64,000 nucleotides of DNA from the NCBI GenBank assembly GCA_052246995.1, contig JBQPWD010000004.1:1-64000 (forward strand), in the 5' to 3' direction. A program made the translations under genes and the position numbers. The stretch comes from Candidatus Bathyarchaeota archaeon (GTDB taxonomy: Archaea; Thermoproteota; Bathyarchaeia; Hecatellales; Hecatellaceae). The notes beneath the pieces were generated by a model. That model saw only the letters and a program-made list of their open reading frames with translations. It was not told the origin of the DNA and did not search any database. Below are positions 19,542 to 29,022 of this stretch, piece after piece (position 1 is the first letter of the stretch; each line of letters begins with the position of its first letter).

Positions 19542-20710
19542 TTTAAACTATACCTCCTAAGCTCCTCACTATTCCAAATCCAACTTTTATCTTTTTTCTC
19601 ATCAATAAAAACAAATCTTGCAGTACAACTCATACATGGATCTATCCCCGCAAATATTATTGGTATATCGGCAACATGACAACCAATAAGCATTTTACAT
19701 ACTGATGGAAGGTTAGCAAAGGTCGGTGTTCTAATCCTCACCCTTTCAGGCTTCTCCGTTCCATTGGATTTAAGATAGTAGAAAAGCTCACCCCTAGGCG
19801 CTTCACCACGACTGACTGCTTCATTTGGTGGAATATACCATGGAGTTTTAACTCTTATTGGCCCAGAGGGCATATGGTCTAAAGCATAACGTATAATGTT
19901 TATTGCTTCATATGTTTCCCCAACCCTTACAATAATCTGGGCTAAAACATCTCCAGTAGGATAGGTTATAACGTTAAATGGAATTTCATCATAAGCTTGA
20001 TAAGGATCATCCGCACGAACATCCCTTTTAATACCAGTCATTCTTAAAGTTGGACCTACAGCACATAAAGCTATTGCATCCTGTTGGGAAAGCTTACCAA
20101 CGTCAACGACCCTTTCATGGAGGGTTGGTTCTTTTTCAACAACGTTCTTATAAACATTCATCCTTTTCTCTATAATGTCAAGTCCCTTTCTAATCTTATC
20201 CGCTACTTCAGATGAAATATCCCTTCTAACTCCTCCAACAGTTGACATTGCATAGTTAACACGGTTTCCAGATATAAGCTCTAATAAATCCATTACAACT
20301 TCACGGTCACGCCAAACATAGTAAAATAGGGTATCAAACCCAAGCTCATGAGCAGCAACACCAAGCCAAAGAGTATGACTGTGTAGTCTTTCAAGCTCAG
20401 CAACAATTACACGAATATACTGAGCTCTCGGTGGAGCCTCGATGTCTAAAAGCTGTTCCACTCCTTGAACATAAACAAGTGTATGTATAAATGAGCATAT
20501 ACCGCAGACTCTCTCACAAAGATAAATGTTTTGAATGTAGTTTCTGGATTCTGCTGCTTTTTCAATTCCCCTATGAGTATAAATTCTAGGCCAAACGTTA
20601 ACGATGATGTCTCCATCAACCTTAAACAACAATAGTATCGGTTCTTTTAAAGCTGGATGCTGAGGCCCTATAGGTATTTCAAAAGCAGATTCAACTTCTT
20701 TTTCAGACAT
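19523..20710 (-). CDS. Group 4 [NiFe]-hydrogenase large subunit
   Basis: GPQHPAL, HRGIEK, L1 ERVCGICS, L2 DPCMSCTAR followed by a cleavable C-terminal extension; all four Ni-binding Cys present. Confidence 0.95.
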   Translation of the reverse strand: MSEKEVESAFEIPIGPQHPALKEPILLLFKVDGDIIVNVWPRIYTHRGIEKAAESRNYIQNIYLCERVCGICSFIHTLVYVQGVEQLLDIEAPPRAQYIRVIVAELERLHSHTLWLGVAAHELGFDTLFYYVWRDREVVMDLLELISGNRVNYAMSTVGGVRRDISSEVADKIRKGLDIIEKRMNVYKNVVEKEPTLHERVVDVGKLSQQDAIALCAVGPTLRMTGIKRDVRADDPYQAYDEIPFNVITYPTGDVLAQIIVRVGETYEAINIIRYALDHMPSGPIRVKTPWYIPPNEAVSRGEAPRGELFYYLKSNGTEKPERVRIRTPTFANLPSVCKMLIGCHVADIPIIFAGIDPCMSCTARFVFIDEKKDKSWIWNSEELRRYSLKWYGRI

Positions 20711-20726
20711 AAAGCTTTAACACCTC

Positions 20727-21242
20727 TTAAATACCCTTAACACCCTTTCTTCGTTCTTCCTCCAATCTTTCACGTATCTTCTCTATACTCCAATCTTTTC
20801 TCAGTGGAAACACATCCGCAGGCCATCCATCTGAAAGTATAAAGGTTTCCTTTCGGGGATTACCCTCAAAAATAACTCCAAAAAGTTCGTAAATTTCTCT
20901 TTCATAGAGAACTGCTCCGGGAACAATATCGACTATACTAACCAAGTTTGGATTCTCTCGTGGAACTCTAATTCTTAAGGAAAAGGTATTAATACCATCG
21001 TTTAAGTGGTAGAGAAGCTCAAACTGATTATCCTTTACAAGGTCAACTCCAGTAATAGCAATTAAATGTTTACAGTTCAACTCATTAACCATATAAGAAA
21101 CAGCATCCCTAAGTTTGCCACTCTTTATAAGGATAAAACAGTTTCTTGGAGGTTGAAACTTAACATCTAAAATATTTTCAACATCAAGATAAGACTTTAA
21201 TTTTTCAACACCCTCTTCCAAACCAACCAAGAAAAATATCAC
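20727..21242 (-). CDS. NuoC/EchD-like subunit
   Basis: HL.AITGVD, FELLYH, YEREIYELFGV.FEGNP, PLRKD. Confidence 0.9.
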   Translation of the reverse strand: MIFFLVGLEEGVEKLKSYLDVENILDVKFQPPRNCFILIKSGKLRDAVSYMVNELNCKHLIAITGVDLVKDNQFELLYHLNDGINTFSLRIRVPRENPNLVSIVDIVPGAVLYEREIYELFGVIFEGNPRKETFILSDGWPADVFPLRKDWSIEKIRERLEEERRKGVKGI

Positions 21243-21671
21243 CTAAATTTTAGCTTTTTGAAGTTTCTCTAAAAGCTTAACTACACCATAAATAACTGCT
21301 TCAGGTTTGGGGGGACAACCTGGAACGTAAACATCAACAGGAATAACTTTATCAACCCCTTCATATACATGATAACAGCCTTGAAAAACTCCTCCGCTAG
21401 TTGCACACGTACCAACAGCCATAACAAATTTAGGTTCAGGCATTTGCTCATAAACTCTATAAAGCCGGTCTCTAATCTGTCTCGTAACGGATCCTGTAAC
21501 CACCATGACATCAGCATGTCTAGGACTACCTCTTAAGAGTATGCCAAACCTTTCAACATCATATCTTGGAGTTAAAGCTGCAAGAACCTCAATATCACAA
21601 GCATTACAAGCACCAGTATTAAAGTGAAGAATCCAAGGAGATTTTGTTAAAGCCCACTTTATTAAGCCCAT
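21243..21671 (-). CDS. Hydrogenase small subunit (NuoB/EchC-like)
   Basis: CNACDIE, SPRHAD, VGTCATSGG, DVYVPGCPPKPE. Confidence 0.95.
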   Translation of the reverse strand: MGLIKWALTKSPWILHFNTGACNACDIEVLAALTPRYDVERFGILLRGSPRHADVMVVTGSVTRQIRDRLYRVYEQMPEPKFVMAVGTCATSGGVFQGCYHVYEGVDKVIPVDVYVPGCPPKPEAVIYGVVKLLEKLQKAKI

Positions 21672-22077
21672 CGGTACGTATCTCCTATTTGTAAGAGTAC
21701 TTTTAAATTTTTGGGTTAGTCAGTAAGTTAGAAAAATAAAAGGTAGTGAGCTAAGATGACGTAAACATCATCAATTTTTTGCTGATGTTAATCTTTTGAA
21801 AACCATAGTAAACCAAAACTAACTTTAGAGAAGTTAAAGTTTCTTGCTTACAATACTCAACTAAACCTACGAGACATGTAAAGATGTGATTGAGACAGTA
21901 AAAATGGATGAAAAAATTTCTGGAATGTTAAATACCGTGCTGACAAAATACTAACAAGCATATTTTAACAGATAATTGTTGTAAAGTTTAAATAATATAA
22001 GCGAAAGCATAACCAAATTTCTCAGGGTTCTTTTAGAAATACTGTATCTAAAAAAGAGGATAAAATATATGACACTA

Positions 22078-22104
22078 GTATAACGAGATTAATCTCGTTA
22101 ATAC
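22078..22104. promoter_or_regulatory. Perfect 20-bp palindrome, candidate transcription-factor operator
   Basis: TAACGAGATTAATCTCGTTA (22081-22100) in the ~600-bp gap between the NuoA-like and small-subunit genes. Confidence 0.5.
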
Positions 22105-22278
22105 CCAACTCAACCTTGTTGAAAAGATGGCAACATCTAGAAAAGCAAGTATTAATGAGAGGAAAATAAGAACATAAGGTTAAAGCAACATTTAGGGAGA
22201 GAAGTACAGGTGAAGCAAAAACCAGTAAATTTTATAGCTCTAGTTGTGAGAACATTAAAAGATTTAGTTTTATTTTAG

Positions 22279-22611
22279 TTAGTACCATTTTACTGGTACC
22301 ATTACAACAATAGTTAGGAGGACTATTAGGACAAGGATTAATGGATAAATCCCCGGGTTTGTGAAGGATAAGGCTATTAGAAAGGCAAAAGCGTCAAGGA
22401 TTAAAAAGTATAACCCATAGATAAAGAATCTTTGAACGTTAACTTGAGGTTTAAATGGTGGAAGATCTTCCCCACAAGCATATGGAGAAAGTTTATCAGA
22501 TGTTTTTCTTCCTTTTACTCCAATTAACCCGCCAAGCCAGAATAGAAACAATGAAACAAGAAGTGAAATTATGAAGATAAAAAGCGGCGAGGCGATAATC
22601 CCCTCAAGCAT
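22279..22611 (-). CDS. NuoA-like membrane subunit
   Basis: K.SPYACGE loop, FF.Y.L.FLILD, three TM helices. Confidence 0.85.
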   Translation of the reverse strand: MLEGIIASPLFIFIISLLVSLFLFWLGGLIGVKGRKTSDKLSPYACGEDLPPFKPQVNVQRFFIYGLYFLILDAFAFLIALSFTNPGIYPLILVLIVLLTIVVMVPVKWY

Positions 22612-22692
22612 TTTAACTTTTCCCTCAGGATATTCCTTAATACAATTGTTAAAATAAAAGCTTTACTATGGCTTGGAAATACTTGTAAAAAT

Positions 22693-23229
22693 TTAGTTCA
22701 TCTGTTGAAGAATCTTGATTAAAATTTTTTTAACATTATTCAATGCCTCTTCAACTTTTAAAGTTAGTCCTTCACCAAAATCTAAGTTTTCAGGTTGCAC
22801 AAGAAGTAGCCTAACTTCTGCCCTAGTAAAGCGTTGTATGTACTTTATTGTGAATGTTAGAGGAAGGGTATGTGTTGAAAAGACTATACCACCAATATCC
22901 TCAGGAGGAAACAACTTAATCTCTCCTGGTGGAGAGTTCATCTGAGCGGAGTCAACAACAATCACATGTGACGGTTTTAAACGTACTATGGCGTTAAGAA
23001 AATTTTCTGGAACTGTTTCACAATTTACAAGTTTAACTTTATCTGGAAGCTTGTATTTGCTTATCGCTTTAATTAAAGCTGGACCAAACCCATCATCACG
23101 TCTTAAAGGATTACCGACACCTAAAAATACAAGTTTTTTAACACTTGAAAGCCAACTTTTTAATTGATTTTCCACCTCCAAAAAAGCCATAATCCTCAAT
23201 TTTAATATCATATTTAAAATGAAAAACAT
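22693..23229 (-). CDS. hycI: Hydrogenase maturation endopeptidase HycI
   Basis: GVGNPLRRDDGFG, ETVPEN, VVDSA, STHTLPL; start may lie ~13 codons downstream. Confidence 0.92.
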   Translation of the reverse strand: MFFILNMILKLRIMAFLEVENQLKSWLSSVKKLVFLGVGNPLRRDDGFGPALIKAISKYKLPDKVKLVNCETVPENFLNAIVRLKPSHVIVVDSAQMNSPPGEIKLFPPEDIGGIVFSTHTLPLTFTIKYIQRFTRAEVRLLLVQPENLDFGEGLTLKVEEALNNVKKILIKILQQMN

Positions 23230-23278
23230 TTTTATTTCCGCTGCAAAAGAATAAGTTTACTAGGGATTTAACTATAAT

Positions 23279-24373
23279 TTGGGAGGTTATAACATTTTGA
23301 GTAGCACAGCAACAACTTTAGAAAAACCTAAACCAAAAATATTTGGAACTCTTCTAACGGAAGTTATCAGAAAAAAAATTTGTTGTGGATGCGGAGCATG
23401 CGTAGCAGTATGTCCGGTTAATATAATTTCTATGAAAAGCGTTCCAGAAGAAGATGAACAGCCAACAATGGTAGGAAGATGTATATTATGTGAATTTTGT
23501 TATTATCAATGTCCCTGGGTTCCCCCATACCCTTCCGAGGAAAAAATTTTTGGTAGAAAAAGAGAAGAGGATGGAGAGCTTGGAGCATATATCTCTGTTT
23601 ATACAGCAAGAACAACAAATGAGGAAATAGCTAAAGTTGCAACAGATGGAGGTGTGGTAACAACCATTTTGGCTTACATGTTTCAGCAAGGAATTATTGA
23701 TGCCGCCGTTGTTTCAGGGATAGATGAGAAAAAACCTTGGAAAACAGTTCCAAAAGTTGTTTCAACAATTGATGAATTACTTAAAACTGCAGGTACAAGA
23801 TATACCGTAAGTCCAACAATTTTAGGTTTAGGTTCGGCTGTAGATGAGTATGGTAAGGAGAGAATTGCTCTCGTTGGAACACCATGTCAAATTAAAGCTT
23901 TAAGAAAAATGCAAACAACAGAAAAAGGGGCTTTAAAGTACGGTTCCAAAGTTATTTTGGCTATAGGGTTATTCTGCATGGAAAGTTTTTATTACGATAA
24001 GCTTATTGGAAAATACTTAAAAGACAAGGTTGACCTTTCAAAAATCTCAAAATTTTCCATTAAAGGAGGAAAATTTATGGTTATAACCGTTGATGGAAAA
24101 GAGGCAATTAATGTGCCGCTAAAGGAGATAAGACCATACTCTAGAGAAAGCTGTAATAACTGCACAGATTTTACAGCTGAACTTGCAGACATATCGGTTG
24201 GAAGTATAGGTTCGGCTGATGGTTGGTCAACAGTAGTTGTTAGAAGTGAAATAGGTAGGAAAATCTTTGAAGAGTGTACAGCTGCAGGGTTGATTAGAAG
24301 TGAAGCATTGGAGAAAGTTGCTCCTGGATTTGAATCAATAATAAAAATTTCTAAAAAGAAGAAAAAAAGTTAG
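23279..24373 (+). CDS. Coenzyme F420 hydrogenase/dehydrogenase beta-subunit family protein (FrhB/FpoF-like) with N-terminal ferredoxin domain
   Basis: CCGCGACVAVCP, CILCEFCYYQCP, DGGVVT, AGTRY, VGTPCQ, GLFC, C..CTDF.AELADISVG..GS..GWS. Confidence 0.9.
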   Translation: MGGYNILSSTATTLEKPKPKIFGTLLTEVIRKKICCGCGACVAVCPVNIISMKSVPEEDEQPTMVGRCILCEFCYYQCPWVPPYPSEEKIFGRKREEDGELGAYISVYTARTTNEEIAKVATDGGVVTTILAYMFQQGIIDAAVVSGIDEKKPWKTVPKVVSTIDELLKTAGTRYTVSPTILGLGSAVDEYGKERIALVGTPCQIKALRKMQTTEKGALKYGSKVILAIGLFCMESFYYDKLIGKYLKDKVDLSKISKFSIKGGKFMVITVDGKEAINVPLKEIRPYSRESCNNCTDFTAELADISVGSIGSADGWSTVVVRSEIGRKIFEECTAAGLIRSEALEKVAPGFESIIKISKKKKKS

Positions 24374-24565
24374 CGCCATAATTCTTCATTTTATTCAAGT
24401 TGTTCAAATTTAAAAACGGTTTAAACATTCATAGTACTAAGAAGGTTTACATAACCTAAGTTTAGATTGAAATATTCGTTCTTTCTAAATCTTTTATTAC
24501 CATAACAAACACAACCATTTAATAGTACAAACCTAAGATTTTTCTTCCGCACGGGTGACCTTGCT

Positions 24566-25645
24566 TTGGAGGAGATCCTCATTGACGGAAGCATACTCGA
24601 AGGAGGGGGACAGATTCTTAGAGTTTCTACGGCATTATCAGCTATAATAGGCAAACCATTAAAAATTTTTAATGTCAGAGCCAAACGTAGCCCCCCAGGA
24701 CTTAGAATGCAACATATAACTGCTATAAAGGCTGTTGCATTACTTGTTGATGGTAAGGTTGAAGGTTTAAGTGTTGGTTCAAAAGAAGTCCTTTTTAGAC
24801 CCGGTAGAATTAAGAGTGGAAAGTTCAAGTTTGATGTGGGAACCGCTGGAAGTGTAACTCTTGTGCTTCAAGCGTTAACACCTGTGGCAGCATACGCACC
24901 TGCCGATGTTTTCGTTGAAATTAAGGGAGGGACAAATAATCAATGGGCGCCACCCATAGATTATTTTGAGAACGTTTTCATTCCAGTTTTAAAGCTGATG
25001 GGTTTTGAGGGTTCTATATCACTTTTACGTAGAGGATTTTATCCTAAAGGTGGTGGAATTGTAAGAGCAAGGTTTAATCCCGTAGCATATTTAAAACCTT
25101 TAAACATCGATAAAGCAAGTAATGTTTTACGTGTATGGGGTCTGGCTTACAGTTGTAGATTGCCAAACCATATTCCTGAAAGAATGGTTAAAACAGCAAA
25201 AAAAATCCTAGCTGATAAAGGTTATAGTGATGTAGACGTTAAAATTGACAGCCTACAGAAGGATGATCCACAATGCTCCCTAGATCCAGGGTGTGGAATT
25301 CTACTTGTAGCCGAATTTGAAGGAGGTTTAAGAATCGGTGCTGATAGTTTAGGAGAAATAGGAAAACCAGCTGAAAAGGTTGCTGAAGAGGCTACTTTAA
25401 ACCTTATTCAACAATTAGAGGCTAAAGCTTCAGTAGATTTTCATCTTGCAGACCAGCTTATAGTTTGGGTTAGTCTTGCTAAGGGTACCTCAAAATTTTA
25501 CACTTCTAGGCTTACTCTTCACACCCTAACCTCGATTGAAATTTGTAAGCAAATTTTAGGTTCAAAATTCGTCGTGGAGGGGGAGATTGATAAACCTGCA
25601 AGAATAACATGCGAAGGTGTTGGGTGGGAAAATAGGTTTTTATGA
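24566..25645 (+). CDS. rtcA: RNA 3'-terminal phosphate cyclase
   Basis: IDGS..EGGGQILR, R..PGL..QH, GFYPKGGG, D.HLADQL. Confidence 0.95.
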   Translation: MEEILIDGSILEGGGQILRVSTALSAIIGKPLKIFNVRAKRSPPGLRMQHITAIKAVALLVDGKVEGLSVGSKEVLFRPGRIKSGKFKFDVGTAGSVTLVLQALTPVAAYAPADVFVEIKGGTNNQWAPPIDYFENVFIPVLKLMGFEGSISLLRRGFYPKGGGIVRARFNPVAYLKPLNIDKASNVLRVWGLAYSCRLPNHIPERMVKTAKKILADKGYSDVDVKIDSLQKDDPQCSLDPGCGILLVAEFEGGLRIGADSLGEIGKPAEKVAEEATLNLIQQLEAKASVDFHLADQLIVWVSLAKGTSKFYTSRLTLHTLTSIEICKQILGSKFVVEGEIDKPARITCEGVGWENRFL

Positions 25646-25704
25646 TTTATAAGTTTAATTAAAGTCGATATATTAGTTGGATGTAAAAGCGGGTTGAAAC
25701 GGAT

Positions 25705-26265
25705 TTGAAGGAAGAATTTGTTGGTCTCTACATTGGAAGATTCCAACCAGTCCATAATGGACATATTTATGCTATTAAATATGCTTTAGGTAGAGTTAAA
25801 GAGTTGATTATTGGTGTTGGTAGTGCTCAGTTTAGCCATGAAATTGAAAACCCCTTTACAGCTGGAGAAAGAATTACGATGCTTAAACTTGGATTAGATG
25901 AGGCAAAAGTAGACAGAAGAACATACTTGATCGTTCCAATACCAGATACACAAATACATAGCCTATGGGTTGCCCAAGTTATAGCTTATACACCAAGATT
26001 TAATATCGCATTCACTAACGACCCTTTAAGCACCCAGCTTTTACTTGAAGCTGGATTTAAGGTTGAAAATATACCTTTGCTTGAAAGAGAAAAGTATAGT
26101 GCAACAAGTATAAGGATAAAAATGTTGAATGGTGAAAGTTGGGAGGAACTTGTACCATCAGCAGTTGCGGAATTTATTAAAAAGATAAATGGTGTTGAAA
26201 GAATTAGAAAATTAGCTCAAACAGATGAACCTAGTAAGGCCAAATTTGTTAAAGAAAAACATTAA
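25705..26265 (+). CDS. nadM: Nicotinamide-nucleotide adenylyltransferase
   Basis: GRFQPVHNGH, GSAQ.SH...NPFTAGER, SAT.IR. Confidence 0.93.
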   Translation: MKEEFVGLYIGRFQPVHNGHIYAIKYALGRVKELIIGVGSAQFSHEIENPFTAGERITMLKLGLDEAKVDRRTYLIVPIPDTQIHSLWVAQVIAYTPRFNIAFTNDPLSTQLLLEAGFKVENIPLLEREKYSATSIRIKMLNGESWEELVPSAVAEFIKKINGVERIRKLAQTDEPSKAKFVKEKH

Positions 26266-26303
26266 CCTTTATACCAGGTTTAACTTTTAAAATTTTTGCC
26301 GCA

Positions 26304-26507
26304 TTAGCCATGTTTGCTGAGAACTCTAGGAAACCTGCACGCTAGAAGGTATGCGGCCATCCTTATATTGTATGGCTCAACGTTGTGAGATATTTCAACG
26401 ATTGACGCAGATGGACATATTGACATAATTACAGCCTTCATCTCTGCGACATAAGAATCCCTTAACCCAAAGTCTGTAAGCAAAGTTACTATTGGCTTTT
26501 TAATCAT
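26304..26507 (-). pseudogene. N-terminal fragment of SAM hydroxide adenosyltransferase / chlorinase-fluorinase family (DUF62)
   Basis: TLLTDFG..DSYVAEMKAVI...ISH.V.P.NI..AAY.L, then homology stops after ~57 aa; the remaining ~200 aa are absent. Confidence 0.8.
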
Positions 26508-26591
26508 AGCTACTGCCTTCTAATTTGAAAAGATTTATTTACCAGTGTTTTAGCTACTAACTTTAAAAGTTTAACTTTAGGGTTCAAAGGG

Positions 26592-27767
26592 TTGAAGAGG
26601 AAAGAAGAACTTTTGTTAATGATTCCTGGACCGACAAATGTTCCAGAAAGAATTATGAAAACACTTAAGAAACCTATGACAAACCACCGTGGGCCTGAGT
26701 TTCGCAGTCTTTATCAGGGAATTTTAGAGAAACTAAAATATGCTTTCCAGACAAAAAATGATGTTTACCCATTAACATGTTCAGGTACTGGTGGAGTTGA
26801 AGCTGCTGTTGGAAATGTTATTTCTAGGGGGGATAAAGTTATTGTTCCGATGTTTGGACAGTTTTGTGAAAGAATGGGTGAAACCGTTAGACGTTTTGGT
26901 GGCGAGGTTATTGAGGTTAAGGCGGAATGGGGTTCTGCGTGTAGTGTTGAAGAAATTAAGGCTATTCTTGATGTAGAAAAAAATGTTAAAGCTGTTGCTG
27001 TGGTGTATAATGAAACTTCAACTGGTGTAACATTAAGAAGCCTACCAGATATAGGCAAGATTACAAGGGAAAGGGGTGTGCTATTGATTGTTGACGCGGT
27101 TTCAGTTCTACTTGGAGATTATTTACCTGTTGATGAGTGGAATGTGGACTTATGTGTCGCCGGAAGTCAAAAATGTTTTGCATGTCCACCTGGTTTAGCA
27201 ATGGTTTCTGTAAGTGAAAAAGCTTATGAAGCTGCCGAAAAAAACAAGTTTAGACCATTTAATCACGACTTTTTATTGTGGAGGGAATTTAAAGCTAAAC
27301 TTGAAACACCCTTTACACCGTGTATTCCACTGTACTATGCTTTAGATGAAGCATTAAACATTCTTATTGAAGAAGGGTTAGAAAATAGAATCCGTAGACA
27401 TATAACTTGTGCTGAAGCGTTCTACAAAACGTTTGAAAATTTAAATTTAAAAATCGTTGCTAAAGATGAGCTTAGGTCAAACACTATAATTGTTCCATAT
27501 ATTCCTGAGAACATAAATGTTGATGAATTTAGAAAAATTTTGAAAGAAAGGTTTAGGGTTGTTGTTGCAGGGGGAGTTGGTAAGCTTAAGGGCAAGGTTA
27601 TTAGGATAGGGAGTATGGGGGTTGTTTCAGCTTACGAGGTTTTAGCTACAATTAATGGTATAATTAAAACGTTAAAGATGCTCAACTACAAGCCTGAAAA
27701 ACAATTTAAAAAAACTGTTTTAGAAGCTAAAGAAGTGCTTTCTCAACTAAAAGATTTTAAGTTTTAA
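26592..27767 (+). CDS. Class V PLP aminotransferase (serine-pyruvate / alanine-glyoxylate family)
   Basis: LMIPGPT, HRGPEF, SGTGG.EA, NETSTG, VDAVS, GSQKC..PPG, RIGSMG. Confidence 0.9.
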   Translation: MKRKEELLLMIPGPTNVPERIMKTLKKPMTNHRGPEFRSLYQGILEKLKYAFQTKNDVYPLTCSGTGGVEAAVGNVISRGDKVIVPMFGQFCERMGETVRRFGGEVIEVKAEWGSACSVEEIKAILDVEKNVKAVAVVYNETSTGVTLRSLPDIGKITRERGVLLIVDAVSVLLGDYLPVDEWNVDLCVAGSQKCFACPPGLAMVSVSEKAYEAAEKNKFRPFNHDFLLWREFKAKLETPFTPCIPLYYALDEALNILIEEGLENRIRRHITCAEAFYKTFENLNLKIVAKDELRSNTIIVPYIPENINVDEFRKILKERFRVVVAGGVGKLKGKVIRIGSMGVVSAYEVLATINGIIKTLKMLNYKPEKQFKKTVLEAKEVLSQLKDFKF

Positions 27768-29022
27768 TTTCTCCTTTTATTCCCATCTTTTCTAAGACTA
27801 TATCCAAAATTTTTTCTGCAATTTCTTCTTTTCTTGCCATAGGTAGTTTTACAAAACTTTTATTCTTATCAACAACAAGAACCTCATTTGTTTCATGTCG
27901 AAAGCCCACATTTTTCCTACCAACATCATTTGCCACAATTAGGTCTATATTGGCAGACTTAAGACGTTTATACGCTCGTTCTACAAGTTCCTCATCACTT
28001 AAATTATACTCAGCTTTAAATCCAACAACAAAGGTTTTAGGGCTAACCTTCTTAGCTTCTTTAACAATTTTTAATGTTGGTTTAAGCTTTAAATCAAGCA
28101 TTAATGTATCATCGGTGGAAACTTTCTGGTTATACGACTCTATTGGGGTAAAGTCTGCAACAGCTGCAGCCGAAATAAATAAGTGATAGTTTTCTGATTT
28201 AAGCTGTGATAACACGGTGTCAGCCATTTCATTTGACGTTTCCACATTTACTACTTTAATATTTGTTGGAGGTCTAACTATGCCAGGTCCATAAATAAGT
28301 GTAACTTCAGCACCCCTTCTAGAGGCCTCTGACGCGAGGGCTACACCCATTCTTCCAGAGCTTTTATTGGTTATTATTCTGATAGGGTCTATGTACTCGT
28401 AGGTTGGTCCAGCAGCCACTAAAACTTTTAACCCATCCATATCCTTAACGGCTAACCTTTTAACAACAGCTTCAACTATTACTTCTACATCAGCAATCTT
28501 AGCCTTACCTTCCTCAATCCTAGGCTCTATAAACTCAAAACCAAGTTTTTTAAGTTTTTCAATGTTGTCCTTGTTAATAGGATACTCGTAGAGAACCTTA
28601 TGCATAGCTGGAACAACAAGTATGGGTATTCCAGCACTATAAGCAGCTAAAACTAAGGCGGTTACAGGAGTGTCATTTATCCCTGAAGCAAGTTTTCCTA
28701 TTGTATTTAGTGTTGCGGGAGCAATAAGCACAAGGTCAACTTTACCTGAACTTTCAGTTAAAGATAGAAAGTCAATACTGCCATTCATCTCAACAACAGG
28801 CTTATTACCTGTAGCCCACTCTAAAACATCAGGGTTAAGCATTTTTTGGGCCATTGGAGACATAACAGGAAAAACTTCAGCACCCATTCTCATTAATTCT
28901 CTTGCAACCTTGGGTGCAGTTGTTAATGCAATACTTCCAGTAATGCATAAAGCTACCCTTTTACCGTAAAGCTTAGTGCTCTTTGAACCTAGAATATCTT
29001 TTGATGGATGGCTCTTTTCCAT
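27757..29022 (-). CDS. coaBC: Bifunctional phosphopantothenoylcysteine decarboxylase/synthetase
   Basis: ITGSIA, APAT.NTIGK, PAMH, GPT.E.IDP.R.ITNKSSG.MG, AAAVADF, GFKAE, ANDV. Confidence 0.93.
   Translation of the reverse strand: MEKSHPSKDILGSKSTKLYGKRVALCITGSIALTTAPKVARELMRMGAEVFPVMSPMAQKMLNPDVLEWATGNKPVVEMNGSIDFLSLTESSGKVDLVLIAPATLNTIGKLASGINDTPVTALVLAAYSAGIPILVVPAMHKVLYEYPINKDNIEKLKKLGFEFIEPRIEEGKAKIADVEVIVEAVVKRLAVKDMDGLKVLVAAGPTYEYIDPIRIITNKSSGRMGVALASEASRRGAEVTLIYGPGIVRPPTNIKVVNVETSNEMADTVLSQLKSENYHLFISAAAVADFTPIESYNQKVSTDDTLMLDLKLKPTLKIVKEAKKVSPKTFVVGFKAEYNLSDEELVERAYKRLKSANIDLIVANDVGRKNVGFRHETNEVLVVDKNKSFVKLPMARKEEIAEKILDIVLEKMGIKGEIKT

Noticed and set aside
12637-22611. Annotation as NADH dehydrogenase (Nuo) or Fpo
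   Set aside because: The large subunit retains both Ni-binding CxxC motifs and a C-terminal extension, and HycI is adjacent, so it is a hydrogenase.
26592-27767. Class V aminotransferase as the beta-alanine source for the CoA operon
   Set aside because: Opposite strand and convergent; a widespread family with no specific evidence for this role.
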